From a virus, in IMG/VR virus record IMGVR_UViG_3300020204_000006: a DNA stretch of 64,000 nucleotides; one strand, written 5' to 3'. A program made the translations under genes and the position numbers. Below the pieces are notes generated by a model, which saw nothing but the letters and a program-made list of their open reading frames with translations, had not been told where the DNA came from and did not search any database. Positions 47,801 to 53,810 of the stretch are shown here, in pieces. The first letter of the stretch is position 1; each line of letters opens with the position of its first letter.

Positions 47801-50800
47801 TTCCAGCAGCAGTAGTCATTCCAGCAGTAGCAGCCAGTCCAGCAGTAGTAGCGGTTCCAGCAGTAGCAGTCAGTCCAGCAGTAGCAGCAACTCCAGCAGT
47901 AGTAGTCAGTCCAGCAGTAGCAGTGGTTCCAGTAGTAGCAGTGGTTCCAGCAGTAGTAGTCAGTCCAGCAGTAGTAGTGAATCTAGTAGTTCCAGTAACT
48001 CCAGTAGTAGCAGCCAGTCCAGCAGTAGCAGCAACTCCAGCAGTAGCAGTGGTTCTAGTAGTAGCAGCAACTCCAGCAGTAGCAGCGGTTCCAGTAGCAG
48101 TAGCAACTCCAGCAGTAGCAGTCGGTCCAGCAGTAGCAGTGGTTCCAGTAGTAGTAGCCAATCAAGTAGTTCCAGTAACTCCAGTAGTAGCAGTCAGTCC
48201 AGCAGTTCTAGCAACTCCAGCAGTAGCAGTCGGTCCAGCAGTAGCAGCGGTTCCAGCAGTAGTAGTCAGTCCAGCAGTAGCAGTCGGTCCAGCAGTAGCA
48301 GCCAGTCCAGCAGTAGTAGTCAGTCCAGCAGTAGCAGCGGTTCTAGTAGTAGTAGTCAGTCCAGTAGTAGTAGTTTGTCTAGTAGTTCTTCTTCAAATAC
48401 TGATCCTCTTTTTGCGTACAGGTCTTTTGGTGGAGACCCAACCGATACGCAATGGACTAATAATTTTGCATTTAACGGGAATGTAAGTAAATCAGATTCT
48501 CAGCTTACATCAGATTATATAATTTCTTTTAATAGTACATCGCTGCCATTTGCGAGATCTTATGAAAGGTACGTACATGCTCTTGTAAAAAGTTGGTACA
48601 GAGGCGGTCAAACAAATACGACATATTTTAATTTGGCAGTAAAAATGATTCAAGCCTCTCTTAACTATAGGCCAAACATCACAGATGGAACTGGTAATTT
48701 ACCTGGTCAATTGAAGATTAATGAGGCATCAGAATTTGATCTTCACAACACTATAACTCTTGATGGTGCTAAATCTGCAATAAATTATCATTTAAGAGAT
48801 GCCTGCTTGCATTTTGCGCAGCTTGGAATACTAACTAGGAATGCATCTGCCATACGTAAAGCAAGTTCTATAATATCTGGTTTTGCTGATAAAATACGTG
48901 ACAATTGGCCAGTTTGGAACCCTTATTTTGGTGTTGGATTCGGAACCGGAAGATTGCCAAGTAGCCAAAATATTCCTGCTTCTTATCAATTGGAAAGTTC
49001 TTCTGGTATTTGGGGAGGATGGATTTATTACGATCTAAATCTTGCAATGCCACTTGTTCAAGCATGGTCTCTAATAAAAGACAATCCAAATTGCACTTCC
49101 GATAAAGATTGGGTTAAGTCTATGTTTAATCTTTTCTTGCAGTTCCAAACCTGGAGAAGACAGGCCGCTCCGCCTACTACCCCTTGGAGATCAAATGGCC
49201 AGCCTGATTATTCAAACCAAGATATGAGACTCATACAGGGCTATCTTGAATTTGGAATTTTACTTGAAGAGCCTGAGCTTGTTCACTATGGTGTTTGGTA
49301 TCTTAAAAATATTTACAGAGGTTTGTTTACTTCAGATGGTTGGTGGCACGAGGGAGCCCCAGCTTATCAGGATGACTTGCAAAGAGGTCTTAATTGGGCA
49401 ATAATGGATTTCCCTGGATGGGAAAATTCTACATATAGATATAGTGACCCACCAGGATTTATTGCTTCTGCAATTGATGGTACTAGATTTGACGACATCA
49501 ACTTATATGATTTGGTGAAAAGACAAACAGACAGGTCCAATCGGGTTTTCTCGCATATTCAACTGTTTAATGGATTCCCTCTTTGTAGAGGAGATTCTAA
49601 TTGGAATCAGGCAGATTCAATTCAAGTAAGAAATACTCTTACTATAGAAGACAGCCAGATTATATATCCTGCTTCGTCTAAGCTTTTTGGCACTGGATGT
49701 TTAGCAATTTTAGGAAATGAAAAAGGAAGTAGTTCTCAAAAGGATATTGGCACTATAGTAAGTCTTGAATATGGTTCTGCCCAAACTCACAGTCATGCAG
49801 ACTCTCTTCATTTAAATGTTTTTTCCAAGAATCAAGAAGTAATGAGCGAAACTCAATACAGACCTGTTTCTGGAGATACAATATCAAGTAGAGCTTGGCA
49901 CTCTTGTACTGCATCTCATAATACTGTTGTTGTCAATCAGATTAGTCAAAATACAACTGGCTCTTTTGGTGACAATAGAAGAACTAAAAACGCTCTTGAC
50001 GAAATTAATGGCATGCCCGATTGGGCATGGAGATTCTATAGCGGACAAAGAACTACTAATTATGGCAAATTGAGACTATATAATAAAGATTATTCTAAAG
50101 TCAAGGTCATGGAAGTAGATGCGGAAAAGTCGTATAATGCAGTTGTATCTCCCATGACTAAATACAGAAGAACTGTCTCTCTTGTTGAGATAGATACAGA
50201 AGACAATTATATAGTTGATATATTTAGAGTTTCTGGTGGGACACAGCATGATTACATGTTGCACAGCTGCTTACAGACAGACTATTCTGCAACAATTAGT
50301 GCAGGTGTAATGCCATCTTCTGTTAGCGGTCAATTATTTCCATCGGGAACCGCTGAAAATGGCATGGATCGTATTAACAAGAGTGAATCATTCTTGACTA
50401 GCAATAATTGGAATGTAGAGTTCTTGCCATCTGCTTCATCTGAAAACTGGAAACAATATACATATATGATTGGTCAGTCTGGTTCAGAAATAATAAAGTG
50501 TACCGCACCAAGTATGAGAATTGCAAACCAGACAAGGCCATTTATTTGCGTAAGACGCACTGCATCAGAAAGTGTATTTGTAGCAGTTCATCATGCAGTT
50601 AAAAAATCAAATTCAAGTAAAATATCAAGCATACAGTCTTTGCCGAGTACAAATCCTAATGTGATTGCTTTAAAAATTAATTTGACAAATGGTAGAAGTG
50701 ATACTGTAATATCTGGAGAGGGTCCAACCGATAGCGCTTTAATAGATACTAAAATACAATTTACTGGTTCATTCGCTCACGTTGCAGAGCATTCTAATTC

Positions 50801-53696
50801 AATGTCTGCAGATAGATGGTTATATTTGGTAGACGGTAGCAATCTTTCTCTTGGGTCAGATAGTATATCTGAAAATGTTTCATATAGTGGCACTATATCT
50901 CATGTATATAGAATAGAAGATGGAGATATAGAAAACTCTTTTGAAACAAATGCTGTGCTTCCTAGTTGGAAGGATTTCCAAAACTATACGTTACTTATAG
51001 ATCCTCAGGGTTTACCAAGATGGGCCTACAGTATATCTTCCGTAAGATTTGGCTCTTCAACTCGATTTATAAGAACAGGCGATGAGCCTGGAATAAAGAT
51101 AGAATCAGATACTATTGGTTCCTATTGCAAGCAAAAGTATTTTCCTAATTGGGGAGAGCGTGGATCTATGCAGTTTAAGATTCCTGGTTCTGCACTTCTT
51201 ATGATTGCCCCAAGTTCAACCAGTAGCTCTAGCAGCAATTCCAGTAGTAGTTCTTTCTTTGACCAGCTTGCTGCTGATGTAGATTCGATTATAAGGTTAA
51301 GATTCCAAAATGCTCCCAGTACAGGTTCTTGCACCAATTCACCATTAGATTCTGATATTATGTCCTTGTACAACAATCCACATAATTCAACTTTTACTTG
51401 GTCTGAACTTAATTGGGACAACTTGTTTGTTAATACAAATCCCAATTCCACAGTTACTGTTAATGGAAGTTCGGTTGCTGTTGACACAACGATTCGTTCT
51501 TTAATTTCTCAATATGTTGGTAACAATTTTAATCCAAGACATGGAGCGACAAATATTCTTGGTTTCCCTAATGGCAGTCCTCCCGTTGCAAATACATGTC
51601 ATCCAAGAAGTAGATATGTAAGAGTATTTACTATAGAAGATATCCCTAAGGGTTGTTGCAGTGGGGTTGCATGGGACAATCTAACTCCTAGTTGCAAATG
51701 TATATCTTCTGGTACGCTTGATGGATGTGGATCAAGCTCTACTACATCAACTCCAGATTTGTGTTCATGTAATGATAAGAGAATAAAGAAGGCTCTTTCT
51801 GAACATGACAATTCTTGTGGACATTGGATAAGAACTACTGGTGTTCAAACTGCTTTTGCTTATAGGGCGGTGAAAAAAAGAATAGAATATGGCGGATCAA
51901 TTGGTAGCGGGGCATCTGCTGTGTCTGGTGCTGCTGCGCAGCAACAGCTTTTAACTGACATATTTGATCGCTGCATGGACATATTGCGTGAAATAAACAA
52001 GTATACTACAAGTCCTAATGGCCAGGGCTCTTATGATATGATGAGAAATGGATGGACTATTGCTAACTGCTCAAATGATCCTAATGTAAATGACGGTCCT
52101 TATCTTGGTACAGCATGGGGAACTAATGGGCTAGTTAGGATGCTTGATCTTATTGGTCCAGATGTTCAGCAGGCAGATCCAGTTTTGTATAGTAGGCTTG
52201 GAGACCAGCTTAGGTCTGAAGTTCTTCAAATGGTTGATGATTGGAAAAATAATCGTGCATGGTACATGAAAGGACATTTGGGTACAAATCCTTGTGGATC
52301 AGGAAGATCAAACACCAATCAGTGGATTGAGCCTGTTTGTGCCCTTGTAAATGCTTCACTTTTCCTGATTGATAGATTTGGTCAAACTGATTTAAAACCC
52401 GCATATAACATGGGAGTTTGTCTTTTAGGTTTTTCCGTAAAAAATCAATTTACAGATGGTGGTTTTGCTGAAGGTTGGGGTTATGCAGTACAGTGTGCCC
52501 CAGAAATGTTCTTTACTATAGAAATGATGAATAAATCTGGTGATTTTAGGATAAGAGATGCCGCGTGGTCACGTAATTTTGTTAATAATTATTGGAATTG
52601 GTTTACTAATCATATGTTGCCAGGAAATTATATAGCTAACTATTCTGATTGCAGGGCTCAACAGGTGGCTTCTTGGGCACTTAGTACGCCATATAGGGAT
52701 CTTCCATTCTCTTCAGAAGCTTGTGATCAAGAAAACAAGATAATTGCTTATAATAATTTTACATTTTTATTCCCTGGTAATCCTGGAAGTATAGATGGGA
52801 TAAAAGGCTATTCTGGTAAAAAGGCGCTAACTGCACTTAATCAGGGCTACGATTTAAATAATCCTATATTGAATATGAGTAATTTTAGAAACTATGCAGA
52901 TTCAAGAATCGTATTTTGGAGAACAGGAAGAGCTAAGCCTTCGGATATAAATAGTTCTTCTGCTAGTTCTCATTTTGCTTTATGGGTTAAGGGAGGTAGC
53001 TTAAAAGATGGGCATAAGCACAGGGATGAAGGTCAATTTGCAATATACTGTGGCAAGAAATCAATTATTCTTGAATCTGGCATGGATTATGATATAGCTC
53101 CCGCACAGGCCGAGGCTTTGGCTAATGAGAGAGGACATAACATATTGCAGATCGGAGCAAAAGCAAGAGGTACTCTTGTTGATTGTCCCATGACGGTTTC
53201 CGCACTAAGTCAGACAAATGGCGATGTTTTTATAAATCTAAATGACTCTTATATACCTGGTGTAATAACTTCATGCAACAGAAGACTTCAATGGTCTCAT
53301 TCTGGAATATTAACTAATCCACTATCGGTTACTGTTTCCGACAGTGTGGTGTTTGCTGCAGCAGTACTTTCTACCCAGGAAATATTTAGATTCCATACTG
53401 GAAGATCTACAGATTCATCTGGTTCTACAAATTCTCTTACTGTTTCTGGCTCTGGTACATCTTGGAATATTTCTTGGCCAGGTGTTACAATGTCAATATC
53501 ATCAAATATACCTATAGTTGTTGCTGATAGTTTTGCGATGGATTTTACTCAACTTTTGCCTCCCACTCAATCTAGTATAAATAATCCAAGGTATCACAGA
53601 ATTATTTCAATAAAACCAGTAAATAATATATCAGCAAATTCTTCGCTTACTTTAACTACAAGTATTATTGCAAATCATGATGTCAATGGTGGATAA
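38844..53696 (+). CDS. ORF10: 4,950-aa putative virion depolymerase/receptor-binding protein: trypsin-like fold, glycosidase-like TIM barrels, two ~220-aa poly-Ser arrays, two heparinase II/III-like polysaccharide lyase modules
   Basis: TAATG overlap with ORF9. Lyase motifs GWWHEGAPAY, HSHADSLHL, SHNTVVVN and YRRTVSLV...YIVDIFRVSGG; second set GGFAEGWGY, GHKHRDEGQF, GHNILQI. Confidence 0.92.
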   Translation: MALTINNNPSKYDLWTYEGSGRIPIGPNYNNIFILNGIQNIFCVSANSRSTASVPNGPPASFNCNGSLVNSSGSINGPFVIAISPHCAVGSLKNFISAGQPIKFWYKHANGGSGGFITRTASNIRFSSSPSRPYEWVAGGYYEGTSSLYSGSFSDVLVYFFDEPLPVDADFAVLPIFNDYKMWRKNSGVFPYNPGVIVDHDSRMVPGSVFMNFTEIYDSDQIGGVTPGASDVRITGIDGYFLSDLNSISDKKYKENYLKYLDEDASYYDNIFRIIKGGATDSTSPIFEVDFESNCLVLYSLSTILTNNRNPSWIKSQNNYDCLCGIRKGNLVSVNMFGLDYFDRSENPYIRLGKNFFNTSRLEGDPFIPGEPNVIPSDLYKIPVKSIDSEYINKFYLGFDVLDYNQESRFSKAYSLGYSHYFYLDNYFDSSDPFDGPFIPNGPGVPFQLRNSFNVSGTINYFSQKYPSTWDQNSSKNLVIGIYGYSGSGSYGSFTVVSDFKNAINQDSFSGFDLVIGSASFKEAKSKIIKYISDIKAALPNMKIGWCDLVGYSNWYPPYVYGDLPESEKSWLSVNDSQKSLIFNCWDKIWEGVIEKLDFISFSFNDNVNRNSNAGSDPALWHEVNRKRAEIAIEYVKRYCYRKNIRCPKILPCISSCTGENIFENCGTSNLFSHANRPISDVEFIERVVSPCVDYGVDGFILKNNSIFEEYYDGWINPNININSRRKLSYNYICNSASSIDLSDCSYYNIINNYSLCSASQNAQNVINSIFSYVENKMSVLSRYLVDFEAFGSGSSSLKNFSLITEIGMNPWDTSAEQLEKYSLLNYDLFNSTPSVDSHMNYTSSVLADSFIENPIYSNGVDWDPDNTNISIYSYDSTYSAGNLVKFFDTKTYRWCVFQATQSVSVGDYPGRSNYFSTDGSGNREYYRSNINIRWKCADINFLYSHYSLVPSINKYYENNKLSLVKGRSKYKAYDLEVPWTFLPVHEANYLLYYDQGVYGLRNGYEDFNFDGGFVNLTSSGFGYSHELGADLFKNFYFSSVSSLFDSNKGIISDFIFWYKNISEDKHKKSFTDNFIYDLIFSYDFNSASYDEFDKPQIVSNLGISENVTRYQIFEYQKYIVPKIERIIKEKSHGKYVMNSGDFRFDCGLITTENTGSRDDNGSQEFMVNSLRQLTESTPHVSSWDSFGRNISSIGSTEYYEPIFLPQFWFGKKDGLYDVVFERTRDISIFSSNYSLNRFVNDSLQMYSSDASIITFKVLGKDENSVSLISEKDQYGFIFGLGVKSISLIIESYEEQGSPVKSRDGDGEEYGPPSFSPAIEKYWICNLSIEMNSQDSQNDFERKFGKIFFNKLMGNLHSDGLKFFTRWKINKKGVVYPSTFPVKSFNPSSLYHLLEQDDISIFDVNSRYNASISLWSNSEIMFATNSYTYSAKSLSSLPPLSGGSGYYPVYKNGQELYQFNSDHSGIEFISNALDSKHYEELKNHFSIFDSENKNTLMVRSYYGLLPLWMSKYGLDDPQFRYNTRYSDKSLELSSKNSREYTGFLIHSNYGRGTSAAQTPYESYEESVASLMKVAKNLSPNKVIVPFVCPKSIGQHYFISCLYHPKEFCYYLVRPWFIGNYRADAVHVWDSYVYYVNSCFYDLSNYSEPAGFRTGIEMAIFNGNMLSIDDAWNINNSSSFDWNSVEKGGMLWDNYGEKAMINLEYTSLNGNDSYYEKPKIVIFIKEVVSLYLKDLYSELNKLLQNPEIYERPSDKSIGYDVLSFLNGLLVSCQNELKVEIVGGGSYSSENWVGYKIEWYKSKSYVDNPYGFELIYTESGAGFIQYIYAPRALTDLLANGDVIKAKLHVNTGYGLNSSSTYECSLYFDSKVNNIGNYFIPSSVVNTREKNILKIVNSEQIAMLVDPPSSSSSSSGSFNNSSSSSSISLSSSSSSLSSSSSSSSSSLLYIPGGDLPEPSSSLDYEVWAAHFTGNMFDANNPEYGRFGHPNYKLLSIVPGISIFGTNYNGHRMPSDTNSASITSANFQQFKNEITSVPSGRRVMIPYYWFPDIGCYTKLHDQYYRNTSDGVVYDDGTRQDRILTCWLDNNSNDCADSFRSFLQRCINDGFNFDYIMNDQETQDNYWIDGRNSYPNWLDDTDGDGYRNDPSPGIDSAGFMHDARRVSAIMSDSRFTSYVNPYTGKTFAQEFMENYQALRVRSGLSEDSRSWQEILAPFANANSPMHFRPSSFYWQAYGCSNGCSPDGITINGLVHPEGYNLFFHALPAWRAAADSWHFNVYWKRFRDVLGEFAEFSNTIHMEYTASAINSEEAKFFQQSNLEISMQPALADSWTGSSRYYAGFFNIIFPNWALPPDGEYNNAKEYCSGYVLTPQNEDELFNWCGYLVLDYKGPSGESNLIRYPETDVSPNATGFDQSLVKRWYTEYCFKHLVNIIKLERVHLRSDPNHWEKFVPWIGYQGYFQARWYNGDVAYYHEMIRHTILNGARIFQIFESNYIPDSCRIIHKILDEWRSISGNSRAQPCSNAFGDASQPVDRMVLKDVFENVLISGGRLVEHPDWYIWRISVAPKHFNSDGICILRKQIQDQDLPDTIIIDSNTSRNNDDSSRRGVWVQRNVPGMPIYSVATFSSSSSSSSSSSSSSSVSSSSSSNSSSSSVSSSSSVSSSSISSSSSESSSSSESSSSSNSSSSSNSSSSSGSSSSSDSSSSSDSSSSSNSSSSSQSSSSSQSSSSSQSSSSSQSSSSSGSSSSSGSSSSSDSSSSSNSSSSSGSSSSSQSSSSSQSSSSSDSSSSSGSSSSSQSSSSSDSSSSSNSSSSSSSGSSSSSHSSSSSGSSSSNSSSSSSSCSAPNWPDFVAYSFSNIFPNAPSVQVCYADNYTISYSTSAQYILQYRVTGSPVQEWTDHIDNPGSYTDVLSTQSINVSNPFEYLTFALRSTSPVTSSTSFVVQVSILDPVEMTVEVVDSFTVTVDNSGSSSSSSSLSSSSSQSSSSSNSSSSSHSSSSSQSSSSSGSSSSSQSSSSSNSSSSSQSSSSSGSSSSSGSSSSSQSSSSSESSSSSNSSSSSQSSSSSNSSSSSGSSSSSNSSSSSGSSSSSNSSSSSRSSSSSGSSSSSQSSSSSNSSSSSQSSSSSNSSSSSRSSSSSGSSSSSQSSSSSRSSSSSQSSSSSQSSSSSGSSSSSQSSSSSLSSSSSSNTDPLFAYRSFGGDPTDTQWTNNFAFNGNVSKSDSQLTSDYIISFNSTSLPFARSYERYVHALVKSWYRGGQTNTTYFNLAVKMIQASLNYRPNITDGTGNLPGQLKINEASEFDLHNTITLDGAKSAINYHLRDACLHFAQLGILTRNASAIRKASSIISGFADKIRDNWPVWNPYFGVGFGTGRLPSSQNIPASYQLESSSGIWGGWIYYDLNLAMPLVQAWSLIKDNPNCTSDKDWVKSMFNLFLQFQTWRRQAAPPTTPWRSNGQPDYSNQDMRLIQGYLEFGILLEEPELVHYGVWYLKNIYRGLFTSDGWWHEGAPAYQDDLQRGLNWAIMDFPGWENSTYRYSDPPGFIASAIDGTRFDDINLYDLVKRQTDRSNRVFSHIQLFNGFPLCRGDSNWNQADSIQVRNTLTIEDSQIIYPASSKLFGTGCLAILGNEKGSSSQKDIGTIVSLEYGSAQTHSHADSLHLNVFSKNQEVMSETQYRPVSGDTISSRAWHSCTASHNTVVVNQISQNTTGSFGDNRRTKNALDEINGMPDWAWRFYSGQRTTNYGKLRLYNKDYSKVKVMEVDAEKSYNAVVSPMTKYRRTVSLVEIDTEDNYIVDIFRVSGGTQHDYMLHSCLQTDYSATISAGVMPSSVSGQLFPSGTAENGMDRINKSESFLTSNNWNVEFLPSASSENWKQYTYMIGQSGSEIIKCTAPSMRIANQTRPFICVRRTASESVFVAVHHAVKKSNSSKISSIQSLPSTNPNVIALKINLTNGRSDTVISGEGPTDSALIDTKIQFTGSFAHVAEHSNSMSADRWLYLVDGSNLSLGSDSISENVSYSGTISHVYRIEDGDIENSFETNAVLPSWKDFQNYTLLIDPQGLPRWAYSISSVRFGSSTRFIRTGDEPGIKIESDTIGSYCKQKYFPNWGERGSMQFKIPGSALLMIAPSSTSSSSSNSSSSSFFDQLAADVDSIIRLRFQNAPSTGSCTNSPLDSDIMSLYNNPHNSTFTWSELNWDNLFVNTNPNSTVTVNGSSVAVDTTIRSLISQYVGNNFNPRHGATNILGFPNGSPPVANTCHPRSRYVRVFTIEDIPKGCCSGVAWDNLTPSCKCISSGTLDGCGSSSTTSTPDLCSCNDKRIKKALSEHDNSCGHWIRTTGVQTAFAYRAVKKRIEYGGSIGSGASAVSGAAAQQQLLTDIFDRCMDILREINKYTTSPNGQGSYDMMRNGWTIANCSNDPNVNDGPYLGTAWGTNGLVRMLDLIGPDVQQADPVLYSRLGDQLRSEVLQMVDDWKNNRAWYMKGHLGTNPCGSGRSNTNQWIEPVCALVNASLFLIDRFGQTDLKPAYNMGVCLLGFSVKNQFTDGGFAEGWGYAVQCAPEMFFTIEMMNKSGDFRIRDAAWSRNFVNNYWNWFTNHMLPGNYIANYSDCRAQQVASWALSTPYRDLPFSSEACDQENKIIAYNNFTFLFPGNPGSIDGIKGYSGKKALTALNQGYDLNNPILNMSNFRNYADSRIVFWRTGRAKPSDINSSSASSHFALWVKGGSLKDGHKHRDEGQFAIYCGKKSIILESGMDYDIAPAQAEALANERGHNILQIGAKARGTLVDCPMTVSALSQTNGDVFINLNDSYIPGVITSCNRRLQWSHSGILTNPLSVTVSDSVVFAAAVLSTQEIFRFHTGRSTDSSGSTNSLTVSGSGTSWNISWPGVTMSISSNIPIVVADSFAMDFTQLLPPTQSSINNPRYHRIISIKPVNNISANSSLTLTTSIIANHDVNGG
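46710..47357 (+). repeat. Poly-Ser hexad array A (216 aa) in ORF10
   Basis: (G/D/N/Q/E/H)SSSSS units on an NNN-TCC-AGY-AGT-AGY-AGY codon template. Confidence 0.97.
47736..48395 (+). repeat. Poly-Ser hexad array B (220 aa) in ORF10
   Basis: (Q/N/G/H/E/R)SSSSS units on the same codon template. Confidence 0.97.
48400..51220 (+). other. Heparinase II/III-like polysaccharide lyase module 1 (helical toroid plus beta-sandwich) in ORF10
   Basis: HEGAPAY at 49347-49367, HSHAD at 49788-49802, SHNTV near 49915. Confidence 0.82.
51260..53693 (+). other. Heparinase II/III-like polysaccharide lyase module 2 in ORF10
   Basis: NQWIEPVCAL, GGFAEGWGY at 52458-52484, NYSDC, GHKHRD at 53010-53027, GHNILQIG. 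Confidence 0.8.
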
Positions 53697-53799
53697 TTTA
53701 TAAAAGGATTATTTTAAAATAATATTTATTATCAATTTGTTGAATGTCGATAAATTTATAAACTTTTTATGTATAAAATGTTTTATTGCATTTTTTTTG

Positions 53800-53807
53800 T
53801 ATAAATA
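53800..53807 (+). promoter_or_regulatory. TATAAATA late-promoter-like element 3 nt upstream of the ORF11 start (possible leaderless mRNA)
   Basis: TTTTTTTTGTATAAATATATATG; no Shine-Dalgarno sequence. Confidence 0.45.
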
Positions 53808-53810
53808 TAT

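Noticed and set aside
46633-48486. Several Ala/Val-, Leu- and Ala/Thr/Gly-rich ORFs on both strands (also 37023-37283)
   Set aside because: Frame and strand shadows of the Ser arrays; they start and end with the repeats.
53708-53723. 16-bp perfect palindrome ATTATTTTAAAATAAT (also the TTTAACA-N6-TGTTAAA inverted repeat at 30735-30754)
   Set aside because: Almost pure A/T in very AT-rich gaps, so chance is plausible; no GC stem for an intrinsic terminator, and the two do not share a sequence.
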